A DNA stretch of 41,890 nt from positions 1-41,890 of IMG/VR virus record IMGVR_UViG_3300050144_000076. One strand, 5' to 3'. The translations under genes and the position numbers were made by a program. Below the pieces are notes generated by a model. It did not search any database, was not told the DNA's origin, and saw nothing but the letters and a program-made list of their open reading frames with translations. This DNA is from a virus. Lineage: Duplodnaviria; Caudoviricetes. Below are positions 28,101 to 35,471 of this stretch, piece by piece; the stretch's first letter is position 1; each line of letters begins with the position of its first letter.

Positions 28101-30438
28101 GATCAGCACGACGAAGCTGGCCGGGCAGGTCACGAACGCCCAGATCGCCGCAGTCGACGCAGCGAAGATGACGGGCCAGATCACCGGCACGCAGATCACG
28201 GACAACGCCATCAGCACGCCGAAGATCGCGGCCGGCGCGGTAACGGCGGCCACCATCGCCGCGGGCGCCATCGTCGCCGGCAAGATCGCCGCCCAGGCCA
28301 TCACGGCGGCCGAACTGTCCGCGGGCGCTGTCACGGCGCAGAGCATCGCGGCCGGCGCTGTCACGGCGGGCAAGATCGCCGCCCAGGCCGTGACCGCCGC
28401 CGAACTGTCCGCTGGGGCAGTGACCGCGCAGAGCATCGCCGCGGGCGCGGTGACGGCCGGCAAGATCGCGGCGCAGGCCGTCACCGCCGCAGAGCTGTCG
28501 GCGGGGGCCGTGCAGGCGCAGCACATTGCGGCTGGGTCCGTTGTCGCCGGCAAGATCGCCGCGGGAGCCGTGACGACCGCCGAGCTGTCCGCCGGCGCGG
28601 TGCAGGCCCAGAACATCGCCGCCGGCGCGATCGTGGCCGGCAAGATCGCCGCCGGCGCAGTGACGGCCACGGAGCTGGCCGCCGGCTCCGTGCTGGCCGG
28701 GAAGATCGCCGCCGGCGCAGTGGTCGCCGGCACCATCGCAGCCGGCGCAGTGACCGCGGCCGAACTGTCCGCCGGAGCGGTGACGGCCACGAAGATCGCC
28801 GCAGGCGCGGTCACTGCCGACTCGCTGGCCGCCAACAGCGTGACGGCGGCGGCAATCTCTGCGGGCGCGGTGCGTGCCGACCAGATCGCAGCCGGCGCGG
28901 TGACGGCGAAGCACCTGCTGATCGCCGACCTGGACAACCTCGTGTCGAACGGCAAAGGGGGCAGCCTCGATGGATGGTATTCGCCGGTACCTGGCGGCAT
29001 ATCTGCGGACGTGGCCGGCTGGTGGGTGGATTTTGCCGTTGCAAGCAAGACCGCGGTGACAGTCAAGAGCCGAGACGCATGGTTCGGCGCCCGGTTTGCA
29101 GTCAAACCGGGCGATCAGTTCTGGGGGCGGGCAGACACAGTGCCATCCGGAGGTGGGGTGTCAACGTACGACTTCAGGCTCGGTCTCGTCGTTTTTGACG
29201 CAGCGGGCGCAATTCTGTCGTTTGTTGTGCTCTGTGCGCGTAGTGCCGGCGCCGCCGGCTACATCCCGATTTCCGGCAGTGCACCCGTCCCATCCTCGGC
29301 TGCATTTGCTCAAGTATGGGCGTCAGTTGCTGGCCCGAATGGCGTCATCTACACGGCGGCTGGGCAGGCGCACCACGCCACGAACATCGAGATCCGACGC
29401 AAAAACGGCGGCGAGTTGATCGTGGACGGCTCGATCACGGCCGCAAAGATCCTGGCCGGCGAGGTGCAAACCCAGCACCTGGTCGCCAACGCCGTGACCG
29501 CCGACAAGATCGTGGCGAACTCGATCACCGCGGACAAGATCGCCGTAGGCGCGGTGCAGGCGCAGCACATCAGCAGCGGCCTGCCGGGCGGGAACCTGAT
29601 CCCGAACAGCGCGCTCGCCGCGACGTTCATCGACTCGGGCGGCGCGTTGCAGGCTGACGGGCACACGTTCGCTGGCGCCAACATCATCACCGGCCTCACG
29701 TGCAGCCTGAACCTTGCTGGCGACGCATGGCGCCCGGTCGGCATGAATGCGCTCGCGCTGCGTCAGCTCGGTGACGTTGGGGCGGGCAATCCGGCCGCCT
29801 ATGCAGACATCGACGGCCCCGTGTGGCCGGTGGTCGCCGGCCAACCCTACGAATTCAGCTTCTACAGCGGGGCGCATCGGTGCAGCGTCACGGGCTATGT
29901 CACGTTCCGCAATGCGGCTGGAACGATCATCTGGCAGCAGATGCTGACGACCAACGCCGAAGAGGCTGGCGGTGGTCAGGGGCTCGATGGTTACAAGCGC
30001 CTGTTTGTCGTGGCCGTTGCGTCGGCCGGCGCGGTGACCGGACAGCTCAGCTATCGCAAGCTGGCGACAGTCGCCGGGGCCTCGGATTCCTGGCTGTTCG
30101 CCACCTGCCCGATGGGCGCCCCTGCGCTGTCGGCTGCACAGTCGGCCCCGTCGCCCTGGGTGCCCACCGGCATCGGCACGCAGATCAGCGGCGGCATCAT
30201 CAAGACGGGCACGGTGACCGCTGACCGGATCGGCGTGTCGCAGTTGTCGGCGATCAGTGCAAACCTCGGCTCGATCAACGCCGGCTCGCTGAACATCAAC
30301 AACCGCTTCATCGTGGCTGCCGATGGCTCGACCACGATCCGCAGCGCCACGTCCGGCCAACGCACCGAGCTGGACAACCAGCAGATGCGGGTCTACGACG
30401 CGGCCGGCGTGATGCGCGTCCGCCTGGGGATCTGGTGA
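25144..30438 (+). CDS. Central tail fibre / host specificity protein (J-like) with long internal repeats
   Basis: 1764 aa; GTA-megatron-like N-terminus, Fn3-like region, 15-aa and 10-aa repeats, LSAISANLG and VMRVRLGIW C-terminus. Confidence 0.9.
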   Translation: MSGKSGNSKADTGVQRLSGIKVQTTALGRCVPWVFGTNRVAPNLIQHDDFTAIENRQKQGGKGGGGVTTTSYTYKAAVIQAVCRGPISGIGTIWSDKEKHSLSSLGLDLFTGTSTQAPHPHWATNHPEKALAYRDMAYVAKASMDLGSGGSLARLAFEVKATTRQSDANPDARVDAVITALVTDTIDGVGLPASKLGDLTQLANFCGAAGIFISPAYDEQQPAKQALERLAEIAQCGMYWSDGRLKFQPYADQPITGNGFTFAPSTNPVPVLGADDFLARGGEPPIKIVRRGAAEAKNHFQIRYRDRAAEYNPAVVESKDMGGIERFGLLSSDPEDFDEICVAGVAQKLADFRRDRAAAVRTTYQFRLSMRWDRLEPTDIVALDYEPDGLVQRTVRVTSIEEDDDGTLTVEAEDCPLGAQQVINSNPQTPTGGGVDYSASPGPVAAPVIFEAPLSLTGGTPEVWIATSGGPLWGGAEMHISSDGNTYERVSEVKAKARHGALTAPLPAGGLIDTANTAAVVIAAGDLSSGTTQDATDLTTLCWVDGELLAYRDATLTGAGTYNLQHLVRGAHGTDIAAHATGGKFLRIDDAVVRYPYDRQWVGRTIWLKFTSRNIFGSGQQSLADVPAYTYTITGAPLAGVQNLALLKPWTGTEAQVKWDLVDGAASYDVEVQVTVRGAMVTARSVSAITSGQWTYAADDARADGGPWRSILIRVRPRAVTGKTGPWRSITASNPQIGALSGLSITGGIRQALFQCARPVETDFAGLLVWVGTSAGFVAGTTTLAYDGPDTFVTLAKLTDGTALVAGTTYYLRAAGYDEFGKDGLTLSSELTFTVAGLVPDVGSIIDTMLADGAITRTKFAQGLEPVSVVTSATLPTVKTTETITWGGKLYTWDGTAYTNKVPAVNITGQLTDAQLAQVSAAKIAGQLTDAQLAQISAAKIAGLITDAQLAQISAAKVAGQLTDAQLSQISAAKIAGQITDAQIAQISTTKLAGQVTNAQIAAVDAAKMTGQITGTQITDNAISTPKIAAGAVTAATIAAGAIVAGKIAAQAITAAELSAGAVTAQSIAAGAVTAGKIAAQAVTAAELSAGAVTAQSIAAGAVTAGKIAAQAVTAAELSAGAVQAQHIAAGSVVAGKIAAGAVTTAELSAGAVQAQNIAAGAIVAGKIAAGAVTATELAAGSVLAGKIAAGAVVAGTIAAGAVTAAELSAGAVTATKIAAGAVTADSLAANSVTAAAISAGAVRADQIAAGAVTAKHLLIADLDNLVSNGKGGSLDGWYSPVPGGISADVAGWWVDFAVASKTAVTVKSRDAWFGARFAVKPGDQFWGRADTVPSGGGVSTYDFRLGLVVFDAAGAILSFVVLCARSAGAAGYIPISGSAPVPSSAAFAQVWASVAGPNGVIYTAAGQAHHATNIEIRRKNGGELIVDGSITAAKILAGEVQTQHLVANAVTADKIVANSITADKIAVGAVQAQHISSGLPGGNLIPNSALAATFIDSGGALQADGHTFAGANIITGLTCSLNLAGDAWRPVGMNALALRQLGDVGAGNPAAYADIDGPVWPVVAGQPYEFSFYSGAHRCSVTGYVTFRNAAGTIIWQQMLTTNAEEAGGGQGLDGYKRLFVVAVASAGAVTGQLSYRKLATVAGASDSWLFATCPMGAPALSAAQSAPSPWVPTGIGTQISGGIIKTGTVTADRIGVSQLSAISANLGSINAGSLNINNRFIVAADGSTTIRSATSGQRTELDNQQMRVYDAAGVMRVRLGIW
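27862..28915 (+). repeat. Coding tandem repeats: ~45-bp units (GQLTDAQLAQISAAK-type) then ~30-bp units (VTAxxIAAGA-type)
   Basis: Directly visible in the translation of the J-like ORF. Confidence 0.9.
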
Positions 30439-30719
30439 TGCCGTCGGGTCTGCAGTGCTTCGACGCGCAGGGGCGGCTGACGTTCGCGGCCACCGACCGG
30501 CTGGCCCGCGTGCTCGGGTACGTCAGCACAGGCGGGCAGTCCGGAACCACGACGCACGACGGCCTGCCCGGCAATCAGCCGTATTTCGCATTCTTCCCCG
30601 ATTACTCGTCATCCGGTACCCGGTGGCCTGCAATCTCAATCTCTGGCAACACGCTCTCGTGGAGTTACTCAAATGCGTCTGGCAATGTTCCTGGCTTTAT
30701 TCTGTTTGGCATTTATTAG
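30435..30719 (+). CDS. Small tail-tip accessory protein
   Basis: MPSGLQCFDAQG...ILFGIY, the type of small protein that follows J in lambdoid/T1-like phages. Confidence 0.75.
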   Translation: MMPSGLQCFDAQGRLTFAATDRLARVLGYVSTGGQSGTTTHDGLPGNQPYFAFFPDYSSSGTRWPAISISGNTLSWSYSNASGNVPGFILFGIY

Positions 30720-31440
30720 CGGGTGCGGCGGCGGTGGCGCCGATTATGTGGATAATCCACAACTGGAAAAATCAAGCGAGTACGTGAATATGCCGGCAGG
30801 CTTTCAGGTCATCGGAGATCATGGAGTGGTCCAGATCGACGAGAACTACACGAACATGGGTTTGCGACATCGAGGGCAGGCGGCATTGACTGGCCTGTCC
30901 GACCTGGTCGTGACCGACGTGGACACGCCGCTGCTGTGCATCAAGTCGCCGAACATGGCCGTGATGCTGGTCGGCGCCACGCGCTCCGGCAACACCATCA
31001 CGTACCGGCTCGCCAGTGCGGCCGGGACCATCGACTGGTACGTGTTCGACAAGATGCGCGCACCGCCGGCCGGGTCGTCTGGCTCAGGTCTGCAGGTCTA
31101 CACCAGCGCGGGCGTGCTGGCGTTCGACTCGACGAACCCGCCCATGCGCATCGTCGGCATCACCGACCTCCCGAACGCACAACAAGGCGTTTACCCGCCG
31201 CCGCCTGGGTCGATCACCGCCCCGGCCGGTGACTATGCAGCGTGCCTGTCGTTCTCGCGGGTCCGGGCGACCTACGGCAATTCGCCGGACGTGATGTTGG
31301 GCGACGGTGTGCGCACCAGCGCAACCGGAGCGAGCACGGAAATGATCGTGTTCAAGCAGATTCCTCCATACGCAATCCCCGGCGATTATTTACAGCCCGC
31401 TGGCGGGAAACTGTTCCTGGTCGATGTGACCAATCTCTGA
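30673..31440 (+). CDS. Tail-tip protein (probable start 30790, MPAGFQV) with in-frame upstream lipoprotein signal from 30673
   Basis: GFQV...VQID and GLQVYT..G.L.FDS motifs; upstream MRLAMFLALFCLAFISGC with GGAG RBS. Confidence 0.72.
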   Translation: MRLAMFLALFCLAFISGCGGGGADYVDNPQLEKSSEYVNMPAGFQVIGDHGVVQIDENYTNMGLRHRGQAALTGLSDLVVTDVDTPLLCIKSPNMAVMLVGATRSGNTITYRLASAAGTIDWYVFDKMRAPPAGSSGSGLQVYTSAGVLAFDSTNPPMRIVGITDLPNAQQGVYPPPPGSITAPAGDYAACLSFSRVRATYGNSPDVMLGDGVRTSATGASTEMIVFKQIPPYAIPGDYLQPAGGKLFLVDVTNL

Positions 31441-31459
31441 AGCCACCGAAGGAAGAATC

Positions 31460-31783
31460 ATGGCCCTGAAAATCGCAATTGAAGACCCGGCAACTGGTGC
31501 CGCCATCAATTACCACCGCATCACCGCGCTGACGATTGATTTGATTTCCTTGGTCACTGTCGCGGTGATTCGTGGATATATCAGCGAGGCGGCGCGCCGT
31601 TCCGGCAAGAACCACCTGACGCTCGATCAGGTGCAGATCCCCGGCGTGCCGCCTGCGGGCGAGAACGCGCTGGCCTGGGCGTACAGCCGCCTCAGTGCCG
31701 AGGTGGCCGCACCAGTCGGCGACGGTCCGCACTTGGTCCAGCCTGCCGTGCCCGTGGCCTGGGTCGGCGCCGAGGTCGTGTGA
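31460..31783 (+). CDS. Hypothetical tail-associated protein
   Basis: AAGGA RBS; 107 aa between tail and lysis genes. Confidence 0.65.
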   Translation: MALKIAIEDPATGAAINYHRITALTIDLISLVTVAVIRGYISEAARRSGKNHLTLDQVQIPGVPPAGENALAWAYSRLSAEVAAPVGDGPHLVQPAVPVAWVGAEVV

Positions 31784-32154
31784 TGGCTGATGCCGTCACC
31801 GCGATGTGCGCGAGCGCAGCCGCTGCGGCGGCGAACGCCTGTGGCTTGCCCACGGATGCCTCGATCCTTGCGGCGCTGGGTGGCGCGGCCGTGTCGGTCT
31901 GGCTGCAGCACGGTGAAGAAGCCGAGCTGGTGCCGCGCTGGCTCACGCGGGCCGTCATGCACGGCGGGATGGCGGCCGGGGTCGGGCTGTCCGCCGGCCC
32001 GGCCGTGCCGCTGCTGTGGCCGACGCTGCAGCTCCTGCCGGCCTGGGTGCCGGTGTTCGTCTCGTCGCTCGCTGCGCACTGGCTTGTTGCGCTGGCCGGG
32101 CGCACCCTGGGCCGCCTGGGCGGCTCGCCACCGGCCGACGGGAGCGGGAAATGA
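31780..32154 (+). CDS. Putative holin
   Basis: Several hydrophobic segments; first gene of the lysis cassette. Confidence 0.55.
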   Translation: MMADAVTAMCASAAAAAANACGLPTDASILAALGGAAVSVWLQHGEEAELVPRWLTRAVMHGGMAAGVGLSAGPAVPLLWPTLQLLPAWVPVFVSSLAAHWLVALAGRTLGRLGGSPPADGSGK

Positions 32155-32474
32155 ATGCTGCATCCAACGCCTTGGGCCTGATCGCCGCACTGATCTGGTT
32201 CGGGCTCGGTCTGTACGTGCTGTGCCGGGCGCGGAGCTTCGAGCTGTCGTTGCGCGCACTGTTCGGCCTGGCCTTGGTTGGCGCCGCCGGCCTTGTGCTG
32301 GAAGTGGTGCGCGGCGGGCTGGTCGGCTGGTTCGGCGGGCTGGTGCTGCTGGCGCAGGCGCTGGTGACGTGGTTCGCGATTGCCACGCGCACAGGGCGCC
32401 GATCGGTCGGACTGTCGGGCTGGGGGATCACCGGCCCGACGCAACTTGAAGAGAAGGAACAGGACCATGCCTGA
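32151..32474 (+). CDS. Membrane protein (holin/antiholin-like, about 3 TM)
   Basis: MNAASNALGLIAALIWFG...; ATGA coupling; charged C-terminus. Confidence 0.55.
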   Translation: MNAASNALGLIAALIWFGLGLYVLCRARSFELSLRALFGLALVGAAGLVLEVVRGGLVGWFGGLVLLAQALVTWFAIATRTGRRSVGLSGWGITGPTQLEEKEQDHA

Positions 32475-32706
32475 ACACATCCTCGGTCTGCTGTGGTCTG
32501 CCGCTGTGTGGCTGCTGCTCGCCGCCTGCGCGACCGCATCCAGTGGCTGCACCTCGCTGACTGTTGCCGACCTCGCGGGCCGCGCCCTGGCTGGCTGCGC
32601 TGCGGAGTCGATCAAGCTGCGCGGCGGGGCGCTCTACGAATCGCCGGACCTGCACATCAACTGCCGGCCGCTGCCGGTGCCGGAGTATCGCCATGCTCAC
32701 CCCTGA
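32467..32706 (+). CDS. Small lipoprotein (possible o-spanin)
   Basis: AGGA RBS; hydrophobic N-terminus with LAAC lipobox; within the lysis cassette. Confidence 0.5.
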   Translation: MPEHILGLLWSAAVWLLLAACATASSGCTSLTVADLAGRALAGCAAESIKLRGGALYESPDLHINCRPLPVPEYRHAHP

Positions 32707-33256
32707 TCTACTGCGTGCCGTCGGCGCGCGCCAGCCTGCCGCCACCACCTGGGCGCCGCATCTGGCCGCTGCCGCGCCGCACGCCGACATCACCACGCCG
32801 CTGCGCGTTGCCGCTTGGGTCGCGCAGATCGCGCACGAGTCCGATTGCCTCATCCACGTCTCCGAGTTATGGGGACCGACCAAGGTGCAGCTCCGGTACG
32901 AAGGGCGCGCCGACCTAGGCAACGTGCAAGCCGGTGATGGCCGGCGGTACCTCGGGCGCGGCCCCATCCAGGTGACGGGCCGGGCGAACTACCGGATGGT
33001 CCGGGACGAGATGCGCCGCGTCGGCATTGACTGCCCAGACTTCGAGGCGAACCCGCTCACCCTTGAGTCCCCGCAGTGGGGGTCGATGGCCGCGGCATTC
33101 TGGTGGAAGCGCAACAAGGTCAACGCCCACGCCGACCGCCGCGACATCGCGGCCGTGTCGAGCCTGGTCAACCGCGGGCGCGTCGGCCTGCCCGCACTTG
33201 GCGCTGTCAAGCGCGCAACACTTTTCGCGGCCGCGTGCCGCTTCATGGGGGTCTGA
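32693..33256 (+). CDS. Endolysin, glycoside hydrolase family 19
   Basis: AQIAHES, RADLGN...GDG.RY.GRGPIQVTGRANY motifs; GGAG RBS. Confidence 0.92.
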   Translation: MLTPDLLRAVGARQPAATTWAPHLAAAAPHADITTPLRVAAWVAQIAHESDCLIHVSELWGPTKVQLRYEGRADLGNVQAGDGRRYLGRGPIQVTGRANYRMVRDEMRRVGIDCPDFEANPLTLESPQWGSMAAAFWWKRNKVNAHADRRDIAAVSSLVNRGRVGLPALGAVKRATLFAAACRFMGV

Positions 33257-33489
33257 TGAAACTGTTCAAGATGGAGCGCCCGAAGTCGGGCATGCAGGTC
33301 GGCGTGCTGCGCCCGAGCGGGGATGTCGCCGTGCTGTGGCCGGGCGAGACGATGCCGAACGTGTGGCCCCGCGAGCTGGCGCTGGCGATCTTCCACGAGG
33401 TCGGTCGCAACCTCGACGTGTGCGACCCGAAGCGCCCGCCGGATATGGCGTTGCCTGAATTGCTACCTCAACAGTCGCAAAGCGACTAA
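33256..33489 (+). CDS. Hypothetical protein (77 aa)
   Basis: TGATG coupling to the endolysin stop; MKLFKMERPKSG... Confidence 0.55.
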   Translation: MKLFKMERPKSGMQVGVLRPSGDVAVLWPGETMPNVWPRELALAIFHEVGRNLDVCDPKRPPDMALPELLPQQSQSD

Positions 33490-33511
33490 ACAGGCAGCAA
33501 AAACAATAACC

Positions 33512-33582
33512 TAAGTTGTTGATTCTATTGAAGAAGCCCAAGATTGTGATACAGGGACTCAAGTAGTAGGATCAACAGCTTA
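33512..33582. promoter_or_regulatory. attP-like region: two inverted IHF sites flanking a degenerate tRNA-His anticodon-arm copy
   Basis: AATCAACAACTTA (minus strand, 33512-33524) matches WATCAANNNNTTR; GATCAACAGCTTA (33570-33582) is a near match; between them AGCCCaaGATTGTGAT. Confidence 0.65.
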
Positions 33583-33630
33583 GAAGGTATCCACAAGGTA
33601 CCGCCGCAGACGAAGTTTTGCTTCCTCAGA

Positions 33631-33707
33631 GGTGGCTGTAGCTCAGTTGGTAGAGCCCCGGATTGTGATTCCGGTGGTCGTGGGTTCGAGTCCCATCAGC
33701 CACCCCA
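33631..33707 (+). tRNA. tRNA-His (GUG), complete with G-1 and encoded CCA
   Basis: GGTGGCTGTAGCTCAGTTGGTAGAGC-CCGGA TTGTGAT TCCGG-GTTCGAGTC-CAGCCACCCCA forms a full cloverleaf. Confidence 0.96.
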
Positions 33708-33717
33708 CCTCATCATG

Positions 33718-33745
33718 CAAAAGGCCCGCTTCGTGCGGGCCTTTG
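33718..33745. terminator. Bidirectional-type intrinsic terminator after the tRNA
   Basis: AAAGGCCCGC-ttcgt-GCGGGCCTTT perfect stem. Confidence 0.8.
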
Positions 33746-33775
33746 TGCTTTCTGGTGCCCCTTGTGGGGCTGAAT

Positions 33776-33855
33776 CTGCCTACTCGGCAGTGAACACCGG
33801 CGAAGAGCTGTCCGCGCTGCTGGTCGATTTCTAAGCTGCCTACTCGACAGTGAAC
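33776..33855. repeat. 20-bp direct repeat x2, 60 bp apart (possible att arm or accessory-factor sites)
   Basis: CTGCCTACTCGGCAGTGAAC (33776-33795) and CTGCCTACTCGACAGTGAAC (33836-33855). Confidence 0.75.
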
Positions 33856-33862
33856 TAGACGC

Positions 33863-34156
33863 TCAACGGCGCGTGATCGCAGGCGGGCGGTAGTCGTCTG
33901 GCACGCGGCCATCCTTCAGCACCACCCGCGCCGACCGGCCTTCGCCCAGCGCGTTGCCGTAGCTCCAGACCAGCACGGTCGCGTTGCCGCTGGCGCTGAT
34001 CGCGGTGGGCTTGCTGCCCATGGCCTTGATGACCTGGGCTTCGTTCATGCCCGGCGTGATGCGCTCCATCGAAGCGAACTCGAAGTGACTACCGACGGCG
34101 CAGGCGGAAAGGGTGAGCGCGGCGGCGGCGCTGGCGATGTGGCGGAACAGGTTCAT
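33863..34156 (-). CDS. SmpA/OmlA (BamE)-like lipoprotein
   Basis: LSAC lipobox; ITPGMNEAQVIKAMG.P ... WSY motif. Confidence 0.75.
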   Translation of the reverse strand: MNLFRHIASAAAALTLSACAVGSHFEFASMERITPGMNEAQVIKAMGSKPTAISASGNATVLVWSYGNALGEGRSARVVLKDGRVPDDYRPPAITRR

Positions 34157-34325
34157 GGCTCTGAATGGAAAAATGGAACCGCGATTCTGCCCGGTCATGG
34201 GCAACAGGCCGCACCGCAGTTCGGCGCGCTGCTGACGATGGCGGGGCAGAAAACGGGCTCTGCTCGGTCGTCCTGAGCGCCTCCGCAGCCGTGAAGCAGC
34301 GCCAGCGCCAGAACAGCCGTCATCG

Positions 34326-34568
34326 TCACGCGGCGCATGACTGCCTCCTGGCGACCAGTGCAAGGCCGTAGTCGGTCGGAGCGGCCGTCAACCAGCCGAC
34401 AGGGCGGCCAGATGCGTCCTCGCCGTCACGCTCCCACATCGGGTCATCGGCGATCAGCATGTTGCAATGAAGCATCCGAGCGGTGTCCTGATCGGTCTTG
34501 ATCTGGGCGCCGGCGCAGACGGCCGACAGCACCTCGAAATGCTTCCTGGTGATGATCCTTGGCATCAC
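34326..34568 (-). CDS. Hypothetical protein (80 aa)
   Basis: GAGG RBS directly after the integrase stop. Confidence 0.55.
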   Translation of the reverse strand: MMPRIITRKHFEVLSAVCAGAQIKTDQDTARMLHCNMLIADDPMWERDGEDASGRPVGWLTAAPTDYGLALVARRQSCAA

Positions 34569-34574
34569 ACCACC

Positions 34575-35471
34575 TCACGCCAGCGGCGTCACCTTGATGA
34601 CCTTGCGCCGGTCGTACACCTTGCGCATCGTGGCCTCGTTGCTGTGCGTGTTCGGCGACTCGCCGCGCTCCAGCATCTCGGACACGTAGAGCGAGCGCAG
34701 ATCGTGGGCACGGAACCGCTCGCCGTGCTTCTTCTCGTAGACCCGGATCAGCCGGTTCCAGTTCGACTTGAAGCCGCTGTCGGTGTACGGGCGACCGAAA
34801 CGCGACGGGAACAGCCACCCCTCGGCCGACTGTTCTGGGCGCAGCTTCTTCGACCGCTCCACCATCTCGCGCAGCAGGGGCGACCACTCGATCAGGTAGT
34901 GGCGCTCACCGTGGCGGGCCGTCTTGTGGTCGGCAGCCAGGATGCCCTCGGCCGTCAGGTTCTCGGCCTGCAGCTCCAGGATCTCGCCACGCCGCCGGCC
35001 GGTGAGGGCGACCATCAGCCCGATCAGCGCCACCATCAGGTAACCGCCCCCCATCTCTTCGGCTACCTGCATCAGGCTGTTCACCTCGGCGATCGACACC
35101 GGGCGTTTGCGCGGGTGCTCGCGGTTGCGGCGCACGCCGCGGCACGGGTTCGACTCGACCAGCCCGAGCGCCATGCCGTGATTGAACGCGGCCATCAGCG
35201 CTGCGAAGTCGCGGTTGGCGGCCACGGAGCGGGTTTCGCGGCCCTTGAACAGGTACTGCGCGGCGTGCGTGCTCTTGAACTGCTTCAGCTTCATCTCGCC
35301 GAACTCGGGGATCATCCGGTTCTCCAGCGACTGGCGGTAGTTGTCCAGGGTGCGCGGGTTCAGGGCGTCCCGCGCCCCAGCCTCGACGAGGCCAGACTGG
35401 TAGCGCAAGAAGGCGATGCAGAGCTGACGCACGGTGGCTGTCTTCGGATTCAGCTCACTCGGCTCGGTCAT
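34575..35471 (-). CDS. int: Tyrosine recombinase/integrase
   Basis: TGRRRGEI (R), KT (K), HDLR (HxxR), NTH and VYDR (Y) catalytic set; adjacent to the tRNA/att region. Confidence 0.92.
   Translation of the reverse strand: MTEPSELNPKTATVRQLCIAFLRYQSGLVEAGARDALNPRTLDNYRQSLENRMIPEFGEMKLKQFKSTHAAQYLFKGRETRSVAANRDFAALMAAFNHGMALGLVESNPCRGVRRNREHPRKRPVSIAEVNSLMQVAEEMGGGYLMVALIGLMVALTGRRRGEILELQAENLTAEGILAADHKTARHGERHYLIEWSPLLREMVERSKKLRPEQSAEGWLFPSRFGRPYTDSGFKSNWNRLIRVYEKKHGERFRAHDLRSLYVSEMLERGESPNTHSNEATMRKVYDRRKVIKVTPLA

Noticed and set aside
25144-31440. Diversity-generating retroelement or invertible tail-fibre cassette
   Set aside because: No reverse transcriptase, no template/variable repeat pair differing at adenines, and no serine invertase or inverted fibre copy seen
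32564-33256. Chitinase, or a 230-aa endolysin with N-terminal extension
   Set aside because: GH19 within a lysis cassette is an endolysin; the RBS supports the ATG at 32693
33643-33912. 89-aa minus-strand ORF
   Set aside because: Antisense to the tRNA-His and terminator; WLMGLEPTTTGITI is a typical tRNA-antisense translation
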